DNA of 64,000 bases, taken from contig CBDCCZ010000042.1 of the NCBI GenBank assembly GCA_965215005.1, positions 128,001 through 192,000 on the forward strand, given 5' to 3'. Under the pieces are notes generated by a model. That model saw only the letters and a program-made list of their open reading frames with translations, was not told where the DNA came from and ran no database searches. Numbering within the stretch: the stretch's first letter is position 1; each line of letters begins with the position of its first letter. This DNA is from Kofleriaceae bacterium. GTDB lineage: Bacteria; Myxococcota_A; Polyangia; Haliangiales; Haliangiaceae. This document shows, piece after piece, positions 27,066-36,937 of this stretch. The translations under genes and the position numbers were made by a program.

Positions 27066-28669
27066 CACGGCGCGCGCTCCGCGCGTCCCACCAGCTGCAC
27101 CACCAGCTCGGTGACGATGGCGCCGCCGATGACGGCGGTGACTACCCATGGAATGGCACGGCCCAAGTACAGGGTCTGTACGCTCACCACGATGGCGATC
27201 GCCAAAGAACCCATGGGCGCGAACACCGCGAGCTCGCGCTGGCCGAGCGCCACCTCGGTGCCGTCGCGCCGCGCCCACAGCACCGCCAATGCGCGCCCGC
27301 CAAAGCGCGCCGTGACGAACACGGGCACCAGCAGCCATCCCCGCCAGTCACCCACGTCCCACATCGCCCCCGCAATGACCAGGAACGCCAGATACAGGGG
27401 CCGCTCGAGGCGGTGCAACGTTTGCCCCATGCGCCGCTTGAAGTCGCCGGGCAGATTGGCGACCACCAGCCCCACCAAGAAACTCACCGCGATGGGGGAC
27501 AAGCGCAGGTAGCTCGCCATGCCGGCGCTGAACCCAATCGAGCCGATCAAGAGGACCAGCGACTCGGCGGCGCTCGCCTGGCGGCGCATCACTATATAGA
27601 TCAGCGCGCCGAGACAGCCGCCCAGGCCAAGGGTCACGAACAGCCACGCGGTGCCGGGAAGCTGCCAGGCCACGTAGGTCGAAGCGGGACGAAAGTACGC
27701 GCCCAAGATCAACAGCGCGACGATGGCGGCAACATCGTCGATGAATGCGATCTGCTCGAGCGTGCCGCCATCGACCGTGGCAGCGCGGCCAATGCGCTGG
27801 CGAATGAGCGGCGGCACGGTGATCGCGGCGGCGGCGCCGAGAATGGTGGCGTCGCGCAAAAACATCGCCTCGTTCCATTCGTGGCCAAACGCCAACAAAG
27901 CGGCGCTGCTGGCCAACACCACCGCCAGAAACGAGAGTCCGGTGATCAGCGCAGTCAGCTTGACCACCGCGTTCGAGAGGCGATCGAGCACACCGAGGTC
28001 GAAGCGAAATCCAATCAGAAAGCCAATCCAGCCGAGCCCGAGCTGGAGCACTGACGATAGCTGCGCCAACACCCCATCGGTAAGGATTCCCACCGACGGC
28101 TGACGCGCGAGCAATCCAAAGGCGATGAAAGGAAATCCGGCGGTGACGACCTGGGAGATGCCCAAGACGTGCTCGACGCGCTGCACGCGCGGATGGCCGC
28201 CCAGGTACGCCAGCGTCAACAAGGCCAATAAGCCAAGTACAACGCGGGCGACGGCGCTCGAGTCGGCGTCGGCGGGCGTGGCGGGCTCATGCGCCGGAGC
28301 GGGAGCCGGCTCCGGTGCTGCGACGTCGACCGGGAGAGCGGAGTCGGGGGCAGCAGGAACGGCCGCCGCGGGCGCCTGCGACATCCCGGCATCGGGCTCG
28401 AGCGGGCTCCAATCCTCGCCCACCGCTGCCGCGCCCGCGTCGCGGTTCCACCAGGAGTCTGCCAGGTTCTGCTCCGTCGACGGCTGAGCGGCCGGCGCAC
28501 CCGCATCGAGATCGTCCTCGTCGCTGGCGACGACGCCCGGTCCCGCATCGATTCTGTCGGCTGCAAGCGGCGTCTGAGCCACGCTCACGCCGCCAACCGC
28601 CACGCCGATGAGCAGCGCTGCTAAACAACCTACCCGACGAGCTGCGTAGGCACGGGCACGTGGCTGCAT
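27065..28669 (-). CDS. Cation:proton antiporter-like protein A with acidic Pro/Ala N-terminal extension
   Basis: Signal-like N-terminus; LGLGWIGFLIG, IAFIDD, LSPIAVSFLVG, LERPLY, PMGSLAIAI; start moved to ATG 28669. Confidence 0.8.
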   Translation of the reverse strand: MQPRARAYAARRVGCLAALLIGVAVGGVSVAQTPLAADRIDAGPGVVASDEDDLDAGAPAAQPSTEQNLADSWWNRDAGAAAVGEDWSPLEPDAGMSQAPAAAVPAAPDSALPVDVAAPEPAPAPAHEPATPADADSSAVARVVLGLLALLTLAYLGGHPRVQRVEHVLGISQVVTAGFPFIAFGLLARQPSVGILTDGVLAQLSSVLQLGLGWIGFLIGFRFDLGVLDRLSNAVVKLTALITGLSFLAVVLASSAALLAFGHEWNEAMFLRDATILGAAAAITVPPLIRQRIGRAATVDGGTLEQIAFIDDVAAIVALLILGAYFRPASTYVAWQLPGTAWLFVTLGLGGCLGALIYIVMRRQASAAESLVLLIGSIGFSAGMASYLRLSPIAVSFLVGLVVANLPGDFKRRMGQTLHRLERPLYLAFLVIAGAMWDVGDWRGWLLVPVFVTARFGGRALAVLWARRDGTEVALGQRELAVFAPMGSLAIAIVVSVQTLYLGRAIPWVVTAVIGGAIVTELVVQLVGRAERAP

Positions 28670-28749
28670 GGCGCGCGCCAGCGTAACACGCGGCCACTGG
28701 CGCCAACGGAGGCGACCCCGCAGAAGCTGGTGACGATGGTCGGCGCGCG

Positions 28750-29295
28750 CTACTTGTTCGGCGGGTACTTTTGCAGCTTGCGCTGCAGCGAGCGCCGGTG
28801 AATCCCGAGGCGCCGCGCGGCTTCCGAGATGTTGCCGCCGCAGTCCGACAACACGCGGTTGATGTGTTCCCACTCGGCGCGGGCCAGCGACGGCGCCTCC
28901 GCGTAGCTCGGGTCGGGCGGCTCGAGCGGCGGCGCCTCGGCGCGATGAAACGCGGCCAAGATGTCGTCGGCATCGGCCGGTTTGGCCAGATAATTGGCTG
29001 CCCCAAGACGCACCGCATCGACGGCGGTGGCGATGCTGCCGTAACCGGTGAGCACCACCACCTTGGTGGCGCCATCGATAGTCCGCAGCGCCTTCACCAA
29101 TTCCAGCCCCGAGCGCCCCGGCATGCGCAAGTCGACCACCGCGAGCTCCGGCGAGTCCTGGCGAGCCGCTAGCAGCGCCTGATCATAATCTGCGGCAACG
29201 CGGACGTCGTAGCCGCGATCTTCGAAGGCACGCGCGAGCCGCTTGCGGAATACTTCGTCATCGTCGACGAGCAGGATGGAGGGAGGATTGCTCAT
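28750..29295 (-). CDS. regA: RegA/PrrA/ActR-family response regulator
   Basis: ILLVDDD, DLRMPG, LTGYGSIATAV, conserved HTH EWEHINRVL...NISEAARRLGIHRRSLQRKL; start moved to ATG 29295. Confidence 0.93.
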   Translation of the reverse strand: MSNPPSILLVDDDEVFRKRLARAFEDRGYDVRVAADYDQALLAARQDSPELAVVDLRMPGRSGLELVKALRTIDGATKVVVLTGYGSIATAVDAVRLGAANYLAKPADADDILAAFHRAEAPPLEPPDPSYAEAPSLARAEWEHINRVLSDCGGNISEAARRLGIHRRSLQRKLQKYPPNK

Positions 29296-29324
29296 GAGAG
29301 ATTTGGGCGGCGCAGGCATCCTAC

Positions 29325-30599
29325 TCAGCGACTCGCAACACCGCCACCGCTGCGCGGCAGCGTAACCGTCACGGTCGTTCCCTGCTCGAGCACCGACTGC
29401 AGCTGCAGCCGGCCGCCTAGGCTCTCGATCACGGCCCGCGTTAGGAACAAGCCAAGGCCCATTCCCTTGCCGGGTTCCTTGGTGGTGAAAAATGGCTCGC
29501 CTGCACGTGCGAGCACCTGCGCCGGCATGCCGCCGCCTTCGTCGCTCACTCGCAGCACCAGCTGGTCGCTGCGGGTGGTCGCGGTGATCACCACCGGCTT
29601 GTCGGCGGGCGAGGCATCTTGCGCATTGGTGACCAGCGACCGCAGCGCCTGCACCACCGCTGTGAGCGGCACCGACAGTTGCGCCTCTCGCACCTCGTCC
29701 ACCGTGTCGACGCGAACCGCCGGCTGCTCGCGAATGCCGCTCCACACGTCGTCCAAGATGCGCCGCAGCGCCACGGTCTGCACGGCTTCGCCAGAGCTCG
29801 CCCCCGCGCCTCCTGCCATCTGATCGAGGATCGCCCGACAACGCCCCGCTTGTTCACGGATCAGCCGCGCGTCTTCCACCAGCGTCGAGCTCGCCGCGCC
29901 ATCCCGCTCGAGCTGGCGCTCGAGCTCCTTGCCCACCAGCGCGATGGTGCTGAGCGGCGTCGAAAGCTCGTGCGCGGCTCCCGCTGCCATCGTTGCCAGC
30001 GACGCCAACCGCTCCTGCCGCGCAGCCAGATTTCTGGCGTCGGCGAGCTCGCGTTCGCGCGCTGCGAGTGCCGTGGTCGCCCGCAACAAAAAGTGCACGA
30101 TGAACGCCGACGCCACTCCGAGCGCCACCCACATGCCCTGCTCGTGCACCGCACCGGCGTCGAGGCCAGCGAGGTCGAGGCGGCGATGCCCGAGAAGCAG
30201 CAATCCAAACGACCCCAGCGACAGCGCCACCAGCATCCAGGTCCAGTGGGCGTGCAGCACCACCGCCGCCAGCGCGATCTGCACCAAGTAAAGGAAGCTA
30301 AACGGGTTGTAGGGGCCGCCGGTGTAGTAGAGCAGGCCGGTGAGCAGCGCGACGTCGAGCGCCATGATCCCCGCGACATGCCACTCGCGCACCAGCGGCT
30401 GGCGACGAAACCACAGCTCGCAGACGACATTGGAGGCTAGGCCCACCGCCACCACTCCAGCCAGCGGCGCCAAAGGCAACCCAATGCCCATGCCCAGGTA
30501 GACGCCGAGAATCGTCGCCGCCTGCCCCGCCACCTGCGCCCAACGCAGCTTCATCAGCCACGAAAAGTTGAGCCGGTCGCGGTCCGGGATCCCGGTCAT
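29325..30599 (-). CDS. regB: RegB/PrrB/ActS-family redox sensor histidine kinase
   Basis: About 6 TMs with quinone-binding GGPYNPF, H-box AAHELSTPL, redox-box RCRAIL, G-boxes DEGGG and GMGLGL; start ATG 30599. Confidence 0.92.
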   Translation of the reverse strand: MTGIPDRDRLNFSWLMKLRWAQVAGQAATILGVYLGMGIGLPLAPLAGVVAVGLASNVVCELWFRRQPLVREWHVAGIMALDVALLTGLLYYTGGPYNPFSFLYLVQIALAAVVLHAHWTWMLVALSLGSFGLLLLGHRRLDLAGLDAGAVHEQGMWVALGVASAFIVHFLLRATTALAARERELADARNLAARQERLASLATMAAGAAHELSTPLSTIALVGKELERQLERDGAASSTLVEDARLIREQAGRCRAILDQMAGGAGASSGEAVQTVALRRILDDVWSGIREQPAVRVDTVDEVREAQLSVPLTAVVQALRSLVTNAQDASPADKPVVITATTRSDQLVLRVSDEGGGMPAQVLARAGEPFFTTKEPGKGMGLGLFLTRAVIESLGGRLQLQSVLEQGTTVTVTLPRSGGGVASR

Positions 30600-30774
30600 G
30601 ATCTGGCTAGGGCGACGCACCGGGCCAGCTATAGCGCACCCTGGCAACGAACGCAGGACCAACGAAACGAGCCGCTGATGCAGGTGCACCAGCGGCTCGA
30701 AGAAACCGGCTCCAAAACAGCCGGTGGGGCTCGCTGCGGCGCGGATGGTGGCCGCGCCGGTCGAGCCGGCAGAC

Positions 30775-31602
30775 TCAGTTACCGAAGTTCTTCTCGCCTT
30801 TGGCCATCACCTGCTGCTCGTAATAGTTGCCGGGTTGGATGCCTTTCTTGACGGCTTCGTTGGCCTTGGCCAGCTCTTCATCGATGATGGCCTTGAACTG
30901 CTCGACCGGACGCGCGCCCGACAGGAAGCGACCATTGATCCAGAACGCGGGAGTTCCGCGGCCGCCGACTTGCTGTAGCTCACGCTGATCGCTGGCGACG
31001 ATCTCTTTGCACTTGCCGTCCATGTCGGCTTTGAACTTGGACATGTCGAGACCGGCTTCCTTGGCCAGCTTCTCCATGTTCTCTTGACCGAACTCGCGGG
31101 TGTTGAAGCCCTTCTCCCAGATCAGCTCCTCCATCTCGCTCCACTTGCCCTGCAGTCCAGCGGCACACGCAGCGTAGGCGGGCACGGTGGCGACCTGCGG
31201 GTGAACCACGAAGTGCTTGTAGACGACGCGGACATCATCTTTATAGTCTTTGAGCAGCTGCTCCATAGTTGGCCGAACCCGCTGGCAGAACGGGCACGCA
31301 AACTCGAACCCTTCCACGATGGTGACCTTGGCGTCCTTGGCACCCACCGACGGGTTGTAGTCGTGCACCGGCACCGCGAATACGGTGTTGGAATCTGGGC
31401 GTGACGGCGCCTGGGGAGCCGCCGCGCCGCCAGGCGCCGCGCGGCCGCCCTGCTTGAGCGCCGTCTCGATTCCCACGAGCCGCTGGTCGATCTTGTCGAG
31501 CTGCTCACGGATACCGCTGTCGTCTTTTTGGCAGGCGCCAAGCGAGGCAGCGAGCGCCGCCGCTGCAATGAGTCCGAGCTTCTTCACGTTGATTCTCCTC
31601 AT
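30775..31602 (-). CDS. DsbA-family thioredoxin-fold lipoprotein
   Basis: Lipobox LGAC; EFACPFC; GTPAFWING (cis-Pro loop). Confidence 0.92.
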   Translation of the reverse strand: MRRINVKKLGLIAAAALAASLGACQKDDSGIREQLDKIDQRLVGIETALKQGGRAAPGGAAAPQAPSRPDSNTVFAVPVHDYNPSVGAKDAKVTIVEGFEFACPFCQRVRPTMEQLLKDYKDDVRVVYKHFVVHPQVATVPAYAACAAGLQGKWSEMEELIWEKGFNTREFGQENMEKLAKEAGLDMSKFKADMDGKCKEIVASDQRELQQVGGRGTPAFWINGRFLSGARPVEQFKAIIDEELAKANEAVKKGIQPGNYYEQQVMAKGEKNFGN

Positions 31603-32987
31603 TCACACGTTGGGTATTGCGATGAAAGCTCGCTCGTCGGCGAGCTCATGACACCTTGTTCGCACGCGCTCACTGCCGGCAGACCGAGCTGCTCGGCGGA
31701 TACCGAGGCCACCAGCGCAAGCTTGATCCGTTCGAGCTCGGCCGAGGACAACACGCCGTCACCATCGCGGTCAACGCGCGGATCGGCCCAGCTCACCAGC
31801 TCGCCGCCGACGTGCTCGAAGAAACCATCGACCGCGCGGCGTTTCATTCGCTGCTGGTGCGCGCACACCTCGTCGCGCGACAGCTCGCCATCACCATCGA
31901 CGTCGGCTTCGGGATGCGCGGCCAAGATCGTGGCGATCACGCCCGGCGCAATCACGCACTCCCCCGAGCCCGTGCTCGCCGCTTCGGCTCCCGGTGCGCC
32001 AGAGAGCCCGATCACGACCCATGCCGCCAGCGCCGTGCCGCCCAGTCGGCCCATCCGCGGCCGCGGTCGGTGCGCGAGCAGTGCATCGATTCGGCGCTCG
32101 AGAAGTGAGGGCCCCACCAGAGCCAGGCCGGCCGCTGGTGCCCGCGACAGCGCCACGAGCATCCGACCATAGGCGCGCGCTCCCAGCGGTCCGCGCTGCA
32201 CCGCCCAGGCGTCGCAGGCTCGCTCGCGCTGCTCCTCCAGGGCCCGACACACCCAACCGACGACAGGCCAGAAAAACAGCAGCGAGGTAGCGATCACCTC
32301 GAGCAGCCGCACATACGGGTCACGTCGCGCCAAATGCGCGAGCTCATGGACCAGCGCCGCTTCCAACGCGGCGGGCTCTGCGAGCAGCATTCGCGGGATG
32401 ATCAGCACCGGCGCCCAGATACCAAGCAGATGCGGTGCAGTCGTGGCATCGGTGACCCGGACATCGGGCAATCGCCGCGTGCCCATGGCCGCGGCCGCAC
32501 GCTCGAGAAGATCGACGCCGCCGGTTTGCTGGCTCGAACCTAGGGTTGGCAGGAGGGCAGCGGCCCTGCGCGCGTCGCGATAGCACCGGTGCGCGCGCCA
32601 TAGTCGGCGAGCAGCGATGAGTGCCCAGGCCATGACCAGCGCCGTCTGCGCCGCAAGCCAAGGCGTTGCCCAGCGACTCGGCGCCGCAGCGGCCACCGCG
32701 ACGCCGTCAGGCGCGGCAGCAGCCGTCGCGGTCGCGGCGGTCGAGCCCCACAGCAGCTGCACCGCGCCAGCGAGCGACAGTGGCAGCTCGGGGCCGACTG
32801 GTACCAAGAACTTGCACAGCACCACCGTCCAAAGCGCGGCCAAAAGTGCCGGCGGGGCGGTGCGAAGCAGCGTGCGCCCAAGCACCGCGGTGAGGGCAGC
32901 GAGCAGCGTTCCATAGAGCAACGCGGCGCCGAGGCTCGACCACACCAACGGCAACCCGGCTTCGAGCCACGGCAGCACTCGACTCAT
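31599..32987 (-). CDS. BlaR1/MecR1-type M56 metallopeptidase with C-terminal EF-hand pair
   Basis: TMs; HELAHLARRD, FFWP, ERACD, LERRI; C-terminal DVDGDGELSRDE and DRDGDGVLSSAE. Confidence 0.9.
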   Translation of the reverse strand: MSRVLPWLEAGLPLVWSSLGAALLYGTLLAALTAVLGRTLLRTAPPALLAALWTVVLCKFLVPVGPELPLSLAGAVQLLWGSTAATATAAAAPDGVAVAAAAPSRWATPWLAAQTALVMAWALIAARRLWRAHRCYRDARRAAALLPTLGSSQQTGGVDLLERAAAAMGTRRLPDVRVTDATTAPHLLGIWAPVLIIPRMLLAEPAALEAALVHELAHLARRDPYVRLLEVIATSLLFFWPVVGWVCRALEEQRERACDAWAVQRGPLGARAYGRMLVALSRAPAAGLALVGPSLLERRIDALLAHRPRPRMGRLGGTALAAWVVIGLSGAPGAEAASTGSGECVIAPGVIATILAAHPEADVDGDGELSRDEVCAHQQRMKRRAVDGFFEHVGGELVSWADPRVDRDGDGVLSSAELERIKLALVASVSAEQLGLPAVSACEQGVMSSPTSELSSQYPTCE

Positions 32988-33376
32988 TCGTCCCGGTCTC
33001 CCCCGCCGAGCTTCTCCTCGATGCGGCGTAACTCCTCGAGTGAGAGCGATTCGTCCTCGACCAGGTGGAGCACCAGCGAGGCCGCTTGGCCGTCGAACAC
33101 CGTCTCGACGAAACGCCGCAGCCGGTCGCGCAACACCGACTCTCGGCGAAACGCCGGCCGGTACACGAACGGTTGCCGGCTCTTGTCGACCTGCACCGTG
33201 CCTTTGACCGCCATGCGACTCAGGGTGGTCATGACCGTGGTGTACGCGAGCTCGGCGGTGTGCTCGGCCAACCCGGCCTTCACCTCAGCGACCGTGCCCT
33301 GCCCAAGGCGCCACAGCACCTTCATCAGATTGAACTCGGACGGCGACATCATCGGTGGGTGTGGCAGCACGGGCAT
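32984..33376 (-). CDS. BlaI/MecI/CopY-family transcriptional repressor
   Basis: SPSEFNLMKVLW, LAYTTVMTTLSRM..KG, FVETVFDG, LSLEEL; start may be 33352 or 33349. Confidence 0.93.
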   Translation of the reverse strand: MPVLPHPPMMSPSEFNLMKVLWRLGQGTVAEVKAGLAEHTAELAYTTVMTTLSRMAVKGTVQVDKSRQPFVYRPAFRRESVLRDRLRRFVETVFDGQAASLVLHLVEDESLSLEELRRIEEKLGGGDRDE

Positions 33377-33399
33377 TCGCGACTCTCGACGGCCTGTTT

Positions 33400-33413
33400 A
33401 CTACAAGTGTAGT
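33400..33413. promoter_or_regulatory. BlaI/MecI/CopY operator (TACA-N2-TGTA)
   Basis: Perfect inverted repeat ACTACA-AG-TGTAGT about 24 bp upstream of the blaI-like gene. Confidence 0.85.
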
Positions 33414-33576
33414 GGGAACGCCAGCAGCAACGCCATGGTCGCTACAACCATGAATCCGGGTCGGTAATTCCCGAATCGCGTTGCTCGCGATCACCGGATC
33501 CCTGGCGCTGCTCAGCCGAGGACCAGCGACTGTGAGCTATGCAACAAAAAAACTGCAATGACCAGGTCGCTTACTA

Positions 33577-33604
33577 TTGACTCGCGTCCATCTGCGACTA
33601 GGCT
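33577..33604 (+). promoter_or_regulatory. Putative sigma-70 promoter of the 3D-domain gene
   Basis: TTGACT-N16-TAGGCT with an upstream A-tract. Confidence 0.5.
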
Positions 33605-33716
33605 GTCGCTCGCTTCGGATCCGCCGGCACCGCCGCCTTGGCGACGTATATCGCTTCAGTGAGCCGGTCCAGCGGATCGGTTCCTGCCGGTCGCTCGCCG
33701 CGACCGCGTGCTTCTC

Positions 33717-34577
33717 ATGCGACGGTTTACCGCATATCGCGCCTGTATCCTGCTGCTCCTCGCAGCAGCGTTGGGCAGCTGCGATCGCGAGCCGGTCGCG
33801 CCCACGCCAGCCTCGCCGGCAGCTGCGCTGGCGCCGCTCGAGGCCGCGTTCCTGCCGCTGATTCGAACGTTCGCGCGCGTCGTTTCCCTGCCAGGAGAGG
33901 TCGTGGCTGCAGAGGTGAGCAGCCCCGCCGCCCGGGCCACCCGCGCTGCCACAATACCGCTCAAGGCGCGGCAAGAACGCGCGCTGGGCGCCGAGCTTGG
34001 CCGCTATCGCCTTACCTACTATTGGATTGCGCGCGAGCAGCCGTCGCCGCGCCCTCGCGGGGTTCCGCTGCTCGACAAGCAGTGCCGGCCGCTAGCGCGG
34101 GTGAGCGCCGACTTCGCCCGCCGCGTTGCACTCGAGGGCACCGGCCGACTCCGCGACGGGCGGGTCATCAATGTCGCTGGCAACTGCGACTGCGGCGGAC
34201 GCGCGTGTTACGTGGCGCTCGATGAGGATGCGCGCTGGGGGCTCGGCGCAACTCACAAGCCGCTCCATCCATTTCGTTCCGTGGCTGTCGATACCGCGCA
34301 AATCGAGCTCGGCATGTCGCTCTACATCCCCGAGCTCGATGGCCTTACGATGCCCGGCCACGCCCCGTGGGGCGGCTTCGTTCACGACGGCTGCGTGGTC
34401 GCAAGCGACAAAGGCGGCAATGTCGAAGGGCAGCACATCGACTTGTTTCTCGGACGTCGTAGTCACTACCACGCGTTCTCTAAGCGCCATCGCCTGCGCT
34501 CGGTCACGGTGTTCGAGGGCCGCGGGCGTTGCGACGTGCCGCACCGCAGCGTCGCCTCGGGGCGCAGCGCAACCTGA
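33717..34577 (+). CDS. 3D (Asp-Asp-Asp) domain lipoprotein, MltA-like
   Basis: Lipobox LGSC; LTYY, LEGTG, RSVAVD, YIPELDG, SDKGG, HIDLF. Confidence 0.85.
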   Translation: MRRFTAYRACILLLLAAALGSCDREPVAPTPASPAAALAPLEAAFLPLIRTFARVVSLPGEVVAAEVSSPAARATRAATIPLKARQERALGAELGRYRLTYYWIAREQPSPRPRGVPLLDKQCRPLARVSADFARRVALEGTGRLRDGRVINVAGNCDCGGRACYVALDEDARWGLGATHKPLHPFRSVAVDTAQIELGMSLYIPELDGLTMPGHAPWGGFVHDGCVVASDKGGNVEGQHIDLFLGRRSHYHAFSKRHRLRSVTVFEGRGRCDVPHRSVASGRSAT

Positions 34578-34681
34578 GGCTGTCATCGCAATGGCGCGGC
34601 GACCAACGCGCCCTTGCTCATGGTTTCGCTCCGCCGGTCGTGACTGCACGGCCACCGGGCCGTAGTATCGTGCCGCCGACA

Positions 34682-36937
34682 ATGCCAGCTGTGCAGAGGT
34701 TCTTGGTAGCTGCCGCGCTCGTGATGGTGCTCGCGGGCGGGCGTGTCGCGCTGGCAGCGCCCCTCACGGGCGTCGTGATCGATGGCGAGACGCTGGCGCC
34801 GATCGCGGGGGCCACGATCACTGCAGAAGAAGCCGAGGCCGGAGGCGCAAGCGCCGTCACCGGCGGCGACGGCACCTATGCCCTCGACCTTCCGGCCGGT
34901 GCCACCACCCTTTCCGTGGCAGCGTCGGGCTACGAAACTCTTACCGAAGTGGTCGACGTGGCGCCGAGCGGAACCCAGAAGACCCTGGTGTTGTTCCTGG
35001 AGGGCGTTGTCTCTGAGGTCATCGAAATCACCGAAAAAGCGCCGCTCCTGCCCGCGAACCCCGGCGACATCACGCTGCCGCGCGAAGAACTAACCCGCAT
35101 TCCCGGCACCCGCGGCGATGCGCTGCAGTCGATCAAGAGCTTGCCCGGTGTCGCCAACGTCGATGCGGCGGGCAGTGGGCCGGGCTTGGTGGTCATTCGA
35201 GGCGCCGCCCCAGAGGACTCCAAGGTCACCATCGATGGCATCGAGATCCCGCTCCTCTATCACTTCTTTGGCCTGCAGAGCATCGTTCCTTCGGAGTTCA
35301 TCGAAACCATCGACTTCCTGCCCGGCGGCTTCGGCGTCGAGGAAGGCCGCGCCACCGGCGGCGTCATCGCGATCGCCACCCGCGCCGAAGAGCTGCAACA
35401 AGCCACTGGCTTCGCAGAGCTCTCATTCATCAACTTTGCCGGCCTGGTGCAAGGTCCAATCTCCAAGCGCCACCACCTGCAAGCCACCGCAGCCGTGCGT
35501 CGCTCGGCGATCGACTTGCTGCTGCCGGCCGTGATTCCCGACGACGCCAACCTCAGCTTCACCACCGCGCCGCAGTACTACGACGGCCAGCTGCGCGTCG
35601 ACTGGCGGCCGGACTACCGCAACCGCGTGACCTTTCTCGGCCTGCTCAGCTTCGATCTGCTCGCGCTGTTGAACGACAACATCAACCCCAACGAGCCGCT
35701 GCTCACCGGCGCCTTCGAGAACGAAACCAGTTTTTCGCGCGGCATCCTCACCTGGCAACACAGCGGCGACGTGCTGCAGAACCGAGCCGTTGCCTCCGTG
35801 GGAACCACCGGCCTGCGCTTCGAGATCGGCGCTCAGCGCTACCTTCGCGTCGACCAGCGGCGCCTCGAGCTGCGCGATGACCTGCTGTTCAAAGTCGATC
35901 AGCGGTTGGCGGTGCGCGCCGGCGTCGAAGCGAGGCTCGCGCAAGGCGACATCGAAGCGCTCATCCCACTGCCGCCCTCCGAGGGCAGCGGCGGCCCGGG
36001 CAACTTCAGTACTGCGGCCACCCTCGATCTCATGGAGACCATCACCAACCACATCGCCGCGGCGTATGTGGCGGTCGACTTCCAGCCCGTTGCCGGCACC
36101 CTCATCACGCCCGGCCTACGACTCGATTACTACGATCGCTTCAGCGCCACCACCGTGTCACCGCGCATCGCGCTGCAGCAGTCGCTCACCAGCGACTGGC
36201 GCCTGCGGGCCTCGCTCGGCACCTATACCCGCCCGCTCGATCAGGTCGAGTCGCTACAGCCGGAGCTCGAGCCAGAAACCGCCACCCAATACGTCGCCGG
36301 AATCGACTACGACCTCGCCGAGGGCCTCAGCGCTTCGAGCTCGGTGTTCTACACGGACCGCCGTCAGCTCGTCGTGCAGGATCCAGTGCGCGCCGATACC
36401 ATGCCCGAGGCCGCGTACATTAATCGCGGCTGGGGCCGCTCGTTTGGCGCCGAGGCCCTGCTTCGGCTGCGCCGCGAGCAGCTATTCGGTTGGCTCGCGT
36501 ATACGGTCTCGCGCTCCGACCGCGTCGATGGGCCACTGGCCGAGCGGCGGCTGTTCGACTACGACCAGACCCACGTGCTCATCGCGGTCGCCAGCTATCG
36601 CTGGGGAGCGTGGAACTTCGGTGGCCGCTGGACCCTGAGCAGTGGCAATCCGCTCACGCCGGTCGAAGGCTCGATCTATCTGGCCGACGTCAACGTCTAC
36701 GTGCCGGTCTACGGCGAGGTCAACGAGACGCGTCTGGACGCTGCCCACCAGCTCGACCTGCGCATCGACCGGCTCTGGCAGTTCGACAGCTGGAAGCTCG
36801 CCGCCTACCTCGACGTCACCAACGTCTACGCCAACCCGCGCACCCTCGGCTTTCAGTACAACTTCGACTACTCCGAGCGCGAGGCCATCGAAGAGTTGCC
36901 CGTGGTCCCGGCGCTTGGCCTGCGCGGCAGCTTTTAG
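34682..36937 (+). CDS. TonB-dependent receptor with N-terminal carboxypeptidase-regulatory-like domain
   Basis: Signal peptide; plug IPGTRGDAL..IKSLPGV, IRG, IDGIEIP, GGVI; barrel strands; C-terminal Phe; start ATG 34682. Confidence 0.92.
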   Translation: MPAVQRFLVAAALVMVLAGGRVALAAPLTGVVIDGETLAPIAGATITAEEAEAGGASAVTGGDGTYALDLPAGATTLSVAASGYETLTEVVDVAPSGTQKTLVLFLEGVVSEVIEITEKAPLLPANPGDITLPREELTRIPGTRGDALQSIKSLPGVANVDAAGSGPGLVVIRGAAPEDSKVTIDGIEIPLLYHFFGLQSIVPSEFIETIDFLPGGFGVEEGRATGGVIAIATRAEELQQATGFAELSFINFAGLVQGPISKRHHLQATAAVRRSAIDLLLPAVIPDDANLSFTTAPQYYDGQLRVDWRPDYRNRVTFLGLLSFDLLALLNDNINPNEPLLTGAFENETSFSRGILTWQHSGDVLQNRAVASVGTTGLRFEIGAQRYLRVDQRRLELRDDLLFKVDQRLAVRAGVEARLAQGDIEALIPLPPSEGSGGPGNFSTAATLDLMETITNHIAAAYVAVDFQPVAGTLITPGLRLDYYDRFSATTVSPRIALQQSLTSDWRLRASLGTYTRPLDQVESLQPELEPETATQYVAGIDYDLAEGLSASSSVFYTDRRQLVVQDPVRADTMPEAAYINRGWGRSFGAEALLRLRREQLFGWLAYTVSRSDRVDGPLAERRLFDYDQTHVLIAVASYRWGAWNFGGRWTLSSGNPLTPVEGSIYLADVNVYVPVYGEVNETRLDAAHQLDLRIDRLWQFDSWKLAAYLDVTNVYANPRTLGFQYNFDYSEREAIEELPVVPALGLRGSF

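Noticed and set aside
28750..29841. 363-aa response regulator
   Set aside because: The extension overlaps regB in another frame; the RegA-sized protein starts at 29295
31599..33376. Beta-lactam resistance locus
   Set aside because: No beta-lactamase or PBP gene, and no SxxK penicillin-binding domain on the M56 protein
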